Virus record (IMG/VR): IMGVR_UViG_3300030095_005897 | Coordinates: 1-49,445 of that record | Length of the DNA: 49,445 bases | DNA from: a virus | Lineage: Duplodnaviria > Caudoviricetes | Direction: 5' to 3' (one strand) | Shown here: piece by piece, positions 26,460 through 34,790 of the stretch | Layout of the letters: every line of letters begins with the position of its first letter | How positions within the stretch are numbered: the first letter of the stretch is position 1 | The notes under the pieces: generated by a model | The model's input: the letters and a program-made list of their open reading frames with translations, nothing else | The model's database searches: none | Told to the model about the DNA's origin: nothing | Translations under genes and position numbers: made by a program

Positions 26460-29159
26460 ATGGCTGCTATTGATTTTCCAACAGCAACTTCAAATGGTCA
26501 AACGTTTGAAGCAGATACAGGTGTAGTTTATACTTATGTCGGAACTCCTCCCAATGGTTACTGGTCGGGAACATTTACAACATCTGGTTTTGCCATTTTA
26601 GATCAATATATTGCAAAAAATGATGCAAATACTATTCAAACAATTCAAACCCAAGGTCTCAAGTTCAACAACGGCAGTACAGATACAATTCTGATCGACG
26701 GACTTAATAGCAGAATTGGAATCGGTACTACAACAACAAGCGGTGCATCGACATATTATGATGATTTAGTTATTAACAATACTGCTAGCGGTACAGGATC
26801 AGGTATTACTCTTTTAGCAAACGCCACAAATGGTTCTAGTGCCATTGATTTTGGGGATACGGATGCTATTGGTCGAGGCCGTATTAGTTATAGTCATGCT
26901 GTTGATAATTTGATAATTGACGTTGCAGGCACCGAAGCCGCTCGAATCGACAGCTCGGGAAATATTGGGATTGGCACTACTTCAATAGATGCTTCTTTGC
27001 ATGTAAAAGGTGCTGGTACTCATGGAACTTTTGTACTAGAAGCTGGTGGTACGTCGGGAATTAGCAATCAAATATACATCCAGGGTCATAATAATGCTGG
27101 CACATCTCTTGGTGAGATTAATTTTGAAGAGACTGCTGCTAACCAAGGTGCGCTTGTTTTCAAAACCAATGGAGGCTCTGTTGCCGAGCGGATGCGAATC
27201 GACAGCTCGGGAAATGTTGCAATTGGACCAAACACGCAAGGACATGGATTACTTACACTTTCACAATCTGCGTCATCTGCTTTTAATGCTTTAGTTATTC
27301 AGCAAGGTAATACTGGCTCAGCAGCAACTGATGGTCTGCATATTGGTATTGACAGTGCTGTTGACTCATACATCATTCATAAAGAAAATAGGGCATTATA
27401 TTTTGGTACTGCTAACACCGAACGCGCCCGAATCGACAGCTCGGGCAGGCTCTTAGTTGGTACGTCTAGTAGTCTCTTTGGGTCTACTAATGTTCAATGC
27501 GGAAACACTGGCGGAAATAATTTTACGGGTATCCGTTACTCAACAGGAGCAGGAGGCGCACAACTTGTATTAGGGCACAGTCAGAGTAGTACCGTAGGAA
27601 CCAACGTACTTCTTTCTAATGATGATTACATTGGCTCTGTTGAATTTAGAGCAGCCGATGGCTCAAATTATCTTGTTGGTGCAAGTATTGATGCACGTGT
27701 AGACGGCACACCTGGCGCTAACGACATGCCGGGGCGTCTAGTGTTCTCCACTACGGCGGATGGGGCGAGTTCTCCGACGGAGCGGATGCGAATCGACAGC
27801 TCGGGCAACCTCGGGGTGGGCACGCAGAGCCCATTTAGCGATGCAAAATTAACTGTGGACAACGGCGGCAGTGGCGATGTAGCTATTGCTCTTTCCAGAA
27901 GCGGATCAGGCCAAAATGATGCAGCAATCGTTAATAGTGCCGGTGAACTTGTATTCAAAAATGGATTTGCTTCTACAGTTAGCGGTATGTCTGAGCGGAT
28001 GAGGATCGACAGCTCGGGCAATGTGGGACTGGGCAAATCAAGCAACCTCTTTTACCGATTAACGTTCCAAGAAGGTGCTGGTGATGCTAATCGGATTGGC
28101 TGGGTAAGCACATCAGGAAACAGAAAAGCAAGTATTGATTGCGGTAATACTGCTGCACTAGTATTTAATATCGGCACAAGTGATACTGAGCGGATGCGAA
28201 TCGACAGCTCGGGTTCTCTGAAAATAACAGCAGGTACTAACGTAGATAATATCTACTCTTATGCTGCAGCAACCGGAACTTCAGCGGTATGTTTTAGAGG
28301 CGGTCACTCTGCGACAGCAGGAAATCCTGGGACTGGTACAGATAGTATTTACATTTTTGCTAACGGTAACATTCAAAATACAAACAATTCTTATGGCGCA
28401 ATCTCTGACGCCAAGCTGAAAGAGAACATCGTTGACGCCCGCTCCCAGTGGGACGACATTAAAGCTCTTCAGGTTCGCAACTACAACTTCATCGAAGGAC
28501 AAACACACACTCAAATCGGTTTAGTCGCCCAAGAGGTCGAACCCATCAGTCCTGGCTTGGTTTATGAGTCTCCAGACCGCGATGCCGAACGTAACGACCT
28601 TGGCACCGTCACCAAATCGGTGAACTACTCAGTGCTCTACATGAAAGCGGTGAAGGCGCTTCAGGAAGCAATGGAGCGTATCGAAACCCTTGAGCTTCCT
28701 GAGCTTCCCAACGAAAATCCAATTAATATAAGACAGACAACGTCTCTACTGAATAATCCTTTTATTACTTTCTTGAATAGTAGTGGGGATACTGCAGGAT
28801 CAATCATTCAAAATGGCGTTAATTCTGTTACTTATGCCACATCTTCTGATTATCGACTGAAAGATAACGTCGTTGAGTTAACTGCTGCAATCCCCCGTTT
28901 AAAGCAGTTGGCACCTAAGAGGTTTAATTTTACTGCAGCTGCTGATGTCACAGTTGATGGGTTCCTTGCCCATGAAGCACAAGCTGTTGTTCCAGAAGCA
29001 GTTACAGGAAGTCATAATCAAGTCGATGGAGACGGTAATCCAGTGATGCAGGGAATTGATCAATCTAAACTTGTACCGTTATTAACGGCTGCACTGCAAG
29101 AAGCTATTGGAAGGATTGAAACATTAGAAACAAGGATTGCAACTTTAGAAGGTAGCTGA
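26460..29159 (+). CDS. modular tail fibre protein with six RIDSSG junctions and two tandem S74 domains
   Basis: E(R/A)(M/A)RIDSSG x6; SDAKLKENI and SDYRLKDNV. Confidence 0.85.
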   Translation: MAAIDFPTATSNGQTFEADTGVVYTYVGTPPNGYWSGTFTTSGFAILDQYIAKNDANTIQTIQTQGLKFNNGSTDTILIDGLNSRIGIGTTTTSGASTYYDDLVINNTASGTGSGITLLANATNGSSAIDFGDTDAIGRGRISYSHAVDNLIIDVAGTEAARIDSSGNIGIGTTSIDASLHVKGAGTHGTFVLEAGGTSGISNQIYIQGHNNAGTSLGEINFEETAANQGALVFKTNGGSVAERMRIDSSGNVAIGPNTQGHGLLTLSQSASSAFNALVIQQGNTGSAATDGLHIGIDSAVDSYIIHKENRALYFGTANTERARIDSSGRLLVGTSSSLFGSTNVQCGNTGGNNFTGIRYSTGAGGAQLVLGHSQSSTVGTNVLLSNDDYIGSVEFRAADGSNYLVGASIDARVDGTPGANDMPGRLVFSTTADGASSPTERMRIDSSGNLGVGTQSPFSDAKLTVDNGGSGDVAIALSRSGSGQNDAAIVNSAGELVFKNGFASTVSGMSERMRIDSSGNVGLGKSSNLFYRLTFQEGAGDANRIGWVSTSGNRKASIDCGNTAALVFNIGTSDTERMRIDSSGSLKITAGTNVDNIYSYAAATGTSAVCFRGGHSATAGNPGTGTDSIYIFANGNIQNTNNSYGAISDAKLKENIVDARSQWDDIKALQVRNYNFIEGQTHTQIGLVAQEVEPISPGLVYESPDRDAERNDLGTVTKSVNYSVLYMKAVKALQEAMERIETLELPELPNENPINIRQTTSLLNNPFITFLNSSGDTAGSIIQNGVNSVTYATSSDYRLKDNVVELTAAIPRLKQLAPKRFNFTAAADVTVDGFLAHEAQAVVPEAVTGSHNQVDGDGNPVMQGIDQSKLVPLLTAALQEAIGRIETLETRIATLEGS
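26943..28213 (+). repeat. six dispersed direct repeats of CGAATCGACAGCTCGGG
   Basis: copies start at 26943, 27195, 27429, 27789, 28002 (AGG variant) and 28197. Confidence 0.9.
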
Positions 29160-29182
29160 TTGGTACTGATATCACGACAAGT

Positions 29183-29208
29183 AATCCTCACTTAAGTGGG
29201 GATTTTTT
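29183..29208 (+). terminator. rho-independent terminator
   Basis: AATCCTCAC-TTAA-GTGGGGATT followed by T-run. Confidence 0.8.
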
Positions 29209-29238
29209 GTTAGATTAAAATCTGATTTGTTATATCAA

Positions 29239-29418
29239 ATGGCTTGCAAAAAATCTGAACTTGTATCTGCAATCAATTCTTTCGGCGCTGCTCGTGCCAG
29301 TGGTGACAGTAATCTTCAAGCATTTGCAGCACAACTTGTAGGAGAATACATTGAAACCCTTGAGTTTGCAGAAGAGGACCCTGAAGAAGAAGTAGTAGAA
29401 GAGAGTGACGCTGAATAA
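29239..29418 (+). CDS. small acidic protein, possible fibre assembly factor
   Basis: ATG at 29239 (MACKKSEL), TAGATT 22 nt upstream. Confidence 0.6.
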   Translation: MACKKSELVSAINSFGAARASGDSNLQAFAAQLVGEYIETLEFAEEDPEEEVVEESDAE

Positions 29419-29465
29419 TTTAGCATTCAAAGTATCTTAAAATAAGAATATTATGAGGACCACTT

Positions 29466-29747
29466 ATGTCTCCAGCTGAACGAGAACAATTCTGGCAAGC
29501 TGTAGAAAGTGGTTCCAATCCACTCTTATCCGTCATGCATGGATTAGTCGAGAAGTGGGGATTGCCTGCAATCATCATGTGCCTCGGTGATATTGGACGT
29601 GTGCTATCAGAAGATGCAGAAAGCGCTTCACTTACGCCAAATCAGCGTGGGTTAATTCTTGGTGCTTGTGCACAAGTGTGCGCTTTAAGTGATCACATGC
29701 ATGCAGAAATGGAACATTTAACTGCAACTGAAAATGGATCCCACTGA
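29466..29747 (+). CDS. hypothetical protein
   Basis: 93-aa ORF, TAAAAT 22 nt upstream, GAGG SD. Confidence 0.6.
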   Translation: MSPAEREQFWQAVESGSNPLLSVMHGLVEKWGLPAIIMCLGDIGRVLSEDAESASLTPNQRGLILGACAQVCALSDHMHAEMEHLTATENGSH

Positions 29748-29868
29748 ACTAGAAAACTGGCAGCGTGTCAAAGATCATTTTGAAACTTTGCCAGAAGAAA
29801 AGCGCGACAATTGGTTCTATAAACGAGCAAAAGCAATTTTAGAGGGTAAAGAAGACCCGTTAAAATAG
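29734..29868 (+). CDS. 44-aa small protein not in the ORF track
   Basis: MDPTELENWQRVKDHFETLPEEKRDNWFYKRAKAILEGKEDPLK; resembles small cyanophage/picocyanobacterial ENW..VK...FYKRA....G..DP proteins (recalled, not searched). Confidence 0.7.
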   Translation: MDPTELENWQRVKDHFETLPEEKRDNWFYKRAKAILEGKEDPLK

Positions 29869-29890
29869 TATTAATTGTGTAATTAATACG

Positions 29891-30178
29891 ATGGCCAAAC
29901 AACGTATGGCTGGTCAAAAATTAAAAGAAAGTTTGACCCCAAATAAACCACGTCGTACTCCAAATCATCCGACAAAGTCACACGTCGTTTTAGCAAAAGA
30001 AGGCGGAAAAGAAAAGCTCATTCGGTTTGGCCAGCAAGGTGTTAAAGGTGCTGGCAAAAATCCTAAGTCAGCAAAAGATAAAGCACGTAAGAAATCCTAT
30101 TACGCACGTCATAACGCACAAGATTCCAACCCAAGCAAGATGTCTGCTCGGTATTGGTCACACAAAGTGAAATGGTGA
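29891..30178 (+). CDS. small basic conserved phage protein
   Basis: KLIRFGQQG...RKKSYYARH...SARYWSHKVKW pattern. Confidence 0.7.
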   Translation: MAKQRMAGQKLKESLTPNKPRRTPNHPTKSHVVLAKEGGKEKLIRFGQQGVKGAGKNPKSAKDKARKKSYYARHNAQDSNPSKMSARYWSHKVKW

Positions 30179-30825
30179 TGGCCTATACAGCTCAAGACGA
30201 CGGTTTATATTATATCCCTATTGTTGATGTAGGAAAACAATTACGGGATAACTTTGGATTAACAATCCGTGAGCACGAATACTTCGATCCCGTTGATGAT
30301 GTGCATGCACCAAACAGTTATCACAACTACGGCTATGCAATCGATGTTCAAGACTGGCGTCCTGATGTCATCAATGGTGTTGACTGGAGGACACGTACAA
30401 AAAATTTAGAGGCTTTACTGCAAGGATCAGGTGCTGAAGTTTTTGGACCCAGTAGTGGTGTACCTGGCCATGAGACACATTTGCATTTAGCTGCAGATGG
30501 CGGAATCTTTAAGTTAAACGAAAAACAATATCAACATTTATTTGGAGGGCAGGCGGGCGGACGCAATGCCACGTTTCCAGGAGCAATCATCACTAGTAGT
30601 ACAACAAGGTCCGTATTGCCCCTTGCCTCATCCAGTGATAACCCAGGATCCTCAACCGATGGCTCTATTAATAGCAGCATTTCTGATGCTAAAGAACGTG
30701 CTCAGAATTATGCAAAAATGAGCAAAGGTGAATTAAATCGTTTATACGATAAAATGAGAAATGAAGATCCTGCATTAGCCAGGATTGAAGGCATGAAAAT
30801 GCACAAAGCATTCTTTGGTAAATAA
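30178..30825 (+). CDS. M15-like zinc peptidase domain protein
   Basis: SYHNYGYAID (H-x6-D) and HETHLH; ATG 30178 coupled by TGATG. Confidence 0.65.
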   Translation: MAYTAQDDGLYYIPIVDVGKQLRDNFGLTIREHEYFDPVDDVHAPNSYHNYGYAIDVQDWRPDVINGVDWRTRTKNLEALLQGSGAEVFGPSSGVPGHETHLHLAADGGIFKLNEKQYQHLFGGQAGGRNATFPGAIITSSTTRSVLPLASSSDNPGSSTDGSINSSISDAKERAQNYAKMSKGELNRLYDKMRNEDPALARIEGMKMHKAFFGK

Positions 30826-30826
30826 C

Positions 30827-31009
30827 ATGGCTGAAAAGAAATCTCGCGTCAATGAAGCGGGCAATTACACCAAACCAGAAATGCGCAAACGTCTGTTTCA
30901 GTCCATCAAGTCTGGCACCAAAGGCGGTAAATCCGGCCAGTGGTCTGCGCGTAAAGCACAGATGCTTGCCAAAGCATACAAAGCAAAAGGTGGAGGCTAC
31001 AAAAACTAA
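30827..31009 (+). CDS. small basic protein, DUF5872-like N-terminal half
   Basis: YTKPEMRKRL...GGKSGQWSARKAQMLAKAYKAKGGGY. Confidence 0.65.
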   Translation: MAEKKSRVNEAGNYTKPEMRKRLFQSIKSGTKGGKSGQWSARKAQMLAKAYKAKGGGYKN

Positions 31010-31371
31010 TGCCTAATTTAATTTCAGTCACACAACGTGGCGACGATGTACTTGGTTTAGGTGACTCAATCAAACAAGGCATTTACGATAAAAATTCCAC
31101 TAGGTTTGCTGCTTCAATTCTTAAGCATCCAGCTTTTATGCCTTTAACTGATTTAATTTTCCCTCAACCAATAGCTGATGGCACTTTGAAAGGAGTGATT
31201 AAAGCACATGGTTATGAAGCTGCACCTTCAGTAGTCTTTACGGATGCACCTGAAACTTATAAATTTAGATTAGATCCAGAAACAGAAGAAGCTTTAACAC
31301 GACAAAAAGCTCATCTGGACGCAGGTGTTTCAGGCACTTTTGTACCCGGCTCTCTTAGTGGTATGAGGTGA
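31009..31371 (+). CDS. hypothetical protein
   Basis: 120-aa ORF coupled on both sides. Confidence 0.55.
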   Translation: MPNLISVTQRGDDVLGLGDSIKQGIYDKNSTRFAASILKHPAFMPLTDLIFPQPIADGTLKGVIKAHGYEAAPSVVFTDAPETYKFRLDPETEEALTRQKAHLDAGVSGTFVPGSLSGMR

Positions 31372-31625
31372 TGGCCAAAGCACGCTCTCAACAATCGCTC
31401 GATAGCTGGACCAAAGAAGATTGGGGAACCAAGTCTGGCAAAAATTCAACGCAAGGTAAAAACGCAACTGGTGAGCGTTATCTACCCAAGAAAGCTCGTG
31501 AATCTTTAACAGATAAAGAATACGCCAGAAGCACGGCTAAAAAACGTGCAGCAATGCGTAAAGGCAAGCAGCACAGTAAGCAGCCTGAAGATGTGGCCAA
31601 AAAGACTGCACATCACAGGAGCTGA
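31371..31625 (+). CDS. small basic protein, DUF5872-like C-terminal half
   Basis: QQSLDSWTKEDWGTKSGK...GERYLPKKA...GKQHSKQP. Confidence 0.65.
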   Translation: MAKARSQQSLDSWTKEDWGTKSGKNSTQGKNATGERYLPKKARESLTDKEYARSTAKKRAAMRKGKQHSKQPEDVAKKTAHHRS

Positions 31626-31644
31626 GGTATAATCAGCAAGCCAC

Positions 31645-31741
31645 CACCAGTGTGGTCTTACCATTACACAACACCCGCGTGCTGAACCTCCCAAGGTAAA
31701 GCCCACGCGGTTCGTTTGTCAACGGTAGATTCGCACTGGTG
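31645..31741 (+). other. 97-nt imperfect hairpin upstream of the recombinase (structured leader, ncRNA or DNA site)
   Basis: CACCAGTG/CACTGGTG, TTACC/GGTAG, CCGCGTG/CACGCGG and ACCT/AGGT nested stems; TATAAT at 31628-31633. Confidence 0.6.
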
Positions 31742-31758
31742 ATGCTTATATCAAATCA

Positions 31759-32526
31759 ATGTTGGTTTCAAGACTTTGCAAACGGACGCTGTCATTCAAG
31801 CGTTTGTCGGACTCCACCCAATACGGATGGAGAAACGCTTCAAAACATTTTGAGAATGTAGACACTTCCAAAATTGACAGGGAGTTCTGCGTTGATCACA
31901 GGTGCGAACTCCTTGAGTGTGACTACAAGGAAGGTTATGTTCGAACACAACTTGGCTACCTCGGTTCGATGTGGGAACGCGGGGTAGAAATGGGAATTCT
32001 TGAATGGAATCCTTGGCGTGGAATGCTTAAGGGATTAGGTCGGTCTAAGAAAAAGTATCCACATAAAAAATTTGATCACTTCCACAGGTTCCATGACGAT
32101 CCACTGTTCATGGCAGTCTGGCTACACGGCTTCAGGATCAGTGAAGCGGCCTGCTTGCTGCCGGAAGATTTTGTGACCGCCGCTGATAAACCGTATATCA
32201 ACATCGAGCACAATCATATTCGTAAATGTAAAAACGAATACACGCAGAGGCAGGTGCCAATACACCCTGCGTATTTTAAATTTATTGAAAAATTCCCTTT
32301 TACAACAAACCCTAATGCAGGTGATTACTTTAGTCGCAAGCTGAAGAAACACACAGGCATATCAGCTCACGGTATTCGCCATTCGTTTATCACTCGTATG
32401 CGACAAGCAGGAATTGAATACAGCATTGCCATGGGAATTGTTGGACACAAACCTAAAGGCATGACCGCTGAATATGGCGATGTCTTACTGGAGGACATGG
32501 CTGAACAGATTGAGAAAGTTAGTTGA
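31759..32526 (+). CDS. tyrosine recombinase/integrase
   Basis: GFRISE (R), CKN (K), HGIRHSF (HxxR), VGH, TAEYG (Y); 255 aa, no arm-binding domain evident. Confidence 0.88.
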   Translation: MLVSRLCKRTLSFKRLSDSTQYGWRNASKHFENVDTSKIDREFCVDHRCELLECDYKEGYVRTQLGYLGSMWERGVEMGILEWNPWRGMLKGLGRSKKKYPHKKFDHFHRFHDDPLFMAVWLHGFRISEAACLLPEDFVTAADKPYINIEHNHIRKCKNEYTQRQVPIHPAYFKFIEKFPFTTNPNAGDYFSRKLKKHTGISAHGIRHSFITRMRQAGIEYSIAMGIVGHKPKGMTAEYGDVLLEDMAEQIEKVS

Positions 32527-32535
32527 ATCAAATTA

Positions 32536-32644
32536 CTGCACTTGCTGCACTTGCTACTCTTAGCCCTATAACTGTTTAAAATAAATAGTTAATAGGCAGG
32601 GATTAAAATACAGATATATAGATAACTATAGTAGCAAGTGTAGC
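32536..32644. repeat. 9-bp tandem repeat plus 15-bp inverted repeat around an AT-rich core
   Basis: CTGCACTTG x2 (32536-32553); GCTGCACTTGCTACT (32544-32558) vs AGTAGCAAGTGTAGC (32630-32644), 14/15 complementary. Confidence 0.7.
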
Positions 32645-32645
32645 C

Positions 32646-33230
32646 ATGCCAAATGCACCTACTCCAATACCTCCAGTAATGCCTTTACCTGGAGCATTTG
32701 AGGTGCCTAAGTCTACACTTGCTCCGCCTTCATTCAATGTTCCAACTTGGGTCCCAATACCTGCTAGATTAAAAGATATTCCAGGACCTAAAACCAGGGG
32801 AACAAAAGAAAAGTCGTCAGAAGAAGAGGAAGAAGAACAGAAAACAGACAGAGAGGTGCTGGATTCCGTGCAGGAAGTCATGACACCATTACCCCCTCTG
32901 CCGCCTTACTTTGGAACTGACCTAGAAGTTGATAGTCAAATTGAACAAGTAGAATTACCTGGAGGATTTCAAGTACCAGTACCTAAGCAAGAAATCCTCG
33001 TCACTGCAGTAGCGACTGCAGGAGCAGCGGCGGTTGCATCTGTCGGCGCAACAATGGTGGCAGGCAATTTATTCAAACAGATCGTTAAAGTTGCAAAACC
33101 TACAATCAAAATTGCTTTAAAGAAAATCGCTAATCTTCGAGGGAAGCCTTCTGCTCCAACGTGGGCAAGGCAGCGATTGGAATCACGTCAGCGCATAAAG
33201 GATAAAAAGGGCTGGAGGGATGCAACGTAA
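32646..33230 (+). CDS. Pro-rich single-pass membrane protein
   Basis: Pro-rich N-terminus, hydrophobic TAVATAGAAAVASVGA segment, basic C-terminus. Confidence 0.65.
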   Translation: MPNAPTPIPPVMPLPGAFEVPKSTLAPPSFNVPTWVPIPARLKDIPGPKTRGTKEKSSEEEEEEQKTDREVLDSVQEVMTPLPPLPPYFGTDLEVDSQIEQVELPGGFQVPVPKQEILVTAVATAGAAAVASVGATMVAGNLFKQIVKVAKPTIKIALKKIANLRGKPSAPTWARQRLESRQRIKDKKGWRDAT

Positions 33231-33714
33231 ATCCGCGTTCGTAAATGCCAATGCACTCTTTGACACGAATTAGTTCGTAGTCTAAACGTGTTTTATCAAT
33301 CTGCAATTGCGCGAGAGCTTTACAACGTTCAACAGCTCCACCGTTCAATGGGATAGAGATGCTTACTTGAGCTCCAGCATTATTACTGTTGGAGTAAGTA
33401 TTTGAGTAATTTTCTGTAGACAAATAATAAGGAGTTACAGACAGCACAGCTCCATTGCAGTGGATACCACCACCAAACGACTGGGTACTTAAAGATCCTT
33501 GGTTGATTTGTACAGCTTGATTAGCAACGGAACCAGTAATAGCTGCCTGAGGATTGGCAGATACACTGGTTGCATCGTTAGCTAAAGCTGGAGTAGTAAA
33601 AATTACTGCGCAAATACTGATAAGGTATTTGTTGTAGTGTCGGTGGTAATAGTCCGCAATGTATCGACAGTTTCGACTAAACCAGCTGGACGCGTTGTGA
33701 TCTCTAGTTGCCAT
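33130..33714 (-). CDS. exported protein, start uncertain
   Basis: signal-like ISICAVIFTTPALA, NQAVQINQG, several Cys. Confidence 0.65.
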   Translation of the reverse strand: MATRDHNASSWFSRNCRYIADYYHRHYNKYLISICAVIFTTPALANDATSVSANPQAAITGSVANQAVQINQGSLSTQSFGGGIHCNGAVLSVTPYYLSTENYSNTYSNSNNAGAQVSISIPLNGGAVERCKALAQLQIDKTRLDYELIRVKECIGIYERGFTLHPSSPFYPLCADVIPIAALPTLEQKASLED

Positions 33715-33986
33715 GGCTGAGTAGCATCTACGATATGAAATTGAATATCAGCTGTATCTGTAATATCAGAAATGTCTACAGAAGCGCCGTTAATATCAAT
33801 AGCTTCAATATTGTCGCCATTCCAGACGTAAGCATCACCACCAAATCGCTCAATAGCTTCTGTTTCAGTTACCGTTTGAGTCGCAGTAACGGTTTGTGTC
33901 ATCGTACCAGTCGTAAAATTTGGCTGAGCCGATTGCGCAAAAGCTGCACTTGGGGAAATAAGTAATAATAGTAGAAGGTGCTTCAT
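33603..33986 (-). CDS. exported Thr-rich protein
   Basis: signal peptide MKHLLLLLLISPSAAFA; TAGAAT 24 nt upstream. Confidence 0.7.
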   Translation of the reverse strand: MKHLLLLLLISPSAAFAQSAQPNFTTGTMTQTVTATQTVTETEAIERFGGDAYVWNGDNIEAIDINGASVDISDITDTADIQFHIVDATQPWQLEITTRPAGLVETVDTLRTITTDTTTNTLSVFAQ

Positions 33987-34024
33987 GATATTTAAAAGCC
34001 CGACAGTTCTATTCTAACTTTATT

Positions 34025-34246
34025 ATGAATAACGAAGAAGTACAAGAAGAGAAGTTTGCTCTACTATCGACATTTGTACGTCTGGGTATTTTAGTATGGG
34101 CAGGCGGAATTCTGACATTAACGTATGTCAGCATTCCTTGGTTACCGCAACAGAAAATTGATCCAACATTTATTGCTTCAGTATTTACTGGAACCTTAAG
34201 TACATTTGGCATTGAACGCGCCAAAAGAGATAAGGAAAAAAGCTAA
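34025..34246 (+). CDS. two-TM membrane protein, holin candidate
   Basis: two hydrophobic helices and a charged C-terminus. Confidence 0.55.
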   Translation: MNNEEVQEEKFALLSTFVRLGILVWAGGILTLTYVSIPWLPQQKIDPTFIASVFTGTLSTFGIERAKRDKEKS

Positions 34247-34271
34247 AATAAAACAAGAGACATAACTAACG

Positions 34272-34436
34272 ATGCTTACTTTAATTCGGCCTATCTTGTT
34301 TAGCTTCATTACATCAAAGAGCGTAAAAAAACTCATTGTTGATCTGCTTGAAGCCTTGGCTGCAAAAACTGAAAATTCGTTAGATGATTTGGCTGTACAG
34401 ACAGTCAAAGATGCCCTTTTGCCTAAAGTAAAATAA
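34272..34436 (+). CDS. 54-aa amphipathic small protein not in the ORF track
   Basis: MLTLIRPILFSFITSKSVKKLIVDLLEALAAKTENSLDDLAVQTVKDALLPKVK; TAAAAT 22 nt upstream. Confidence 0.7.
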   Translation: MLTLIRPILFSFITSKSVKKLIVDLLEALAAKTENSLDDLAVQTVKDALLPKVK

Positions 34437-34499
34437 CCGAACTTTAATCCCTACGTAAGCGCACGGGACTGCGAGGAGGTTATACATCCCCCAAAAGTC

Positions 34500-34733
34500 A
34501 TGATTGAATCACTTGTGTCTGCAACGATAGCTGTCATAACGGGTGGTGCAATCTTGACTTCCCGTACCCATTCTCGTATTACTGAAATGGAAAAGCGTAT
34601 TGATGCATTTGAGTTGCGAGTAGCAGAAGATTATTTATCAAAGAAAGACTTCGGCGGGATACTAGGAAGGCTAGAACGTCAGATGGAAAAAATGGACGAG
34701 AAACTAGATCGATTAATTGAAAGCAAAGGTTAA
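34500..34733 (+). CDS. TM plus coiled-coil small protein, lysis-cassette-like
   Basis: N-terminal hydrophobic helix, EDYLSKKDF, KLDRL coiled coil. Confidence 0.65.
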   Translation: MIESLVSATIAVITGGAILTSRTHSRITEMEKRIDAFELRVAEDYLSKKDFGGILGRLERQMEKMDEKLDRLIESKG

Positions 34734-34790
34734 TCTCCCGAAAGAGACAATTAATAAGTAAAGTTAAGACAAGTTGCTTACTAACAACTT

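Noticed and set aside
26943-28213. Repeats as a CRISPR array
   Set aside because: Spacers are 178-343 nt, irregular and in frame within one long ORF; repeats are only 17 bp; no cas genes in the window
23775-29159. Diversity-generating retroelement acting on the fibres
   Set aside because: No reverse transcriptase in the window and no TR/VR pair differing at adenines was seen
31630-31758. N-terminal extension of the recombinase by readthrough of TAG at 31726
   Set aside because: No ATG/GTG/TTG in that frame between TAA 31630 and the TAG; the region is better explained as a hairpin
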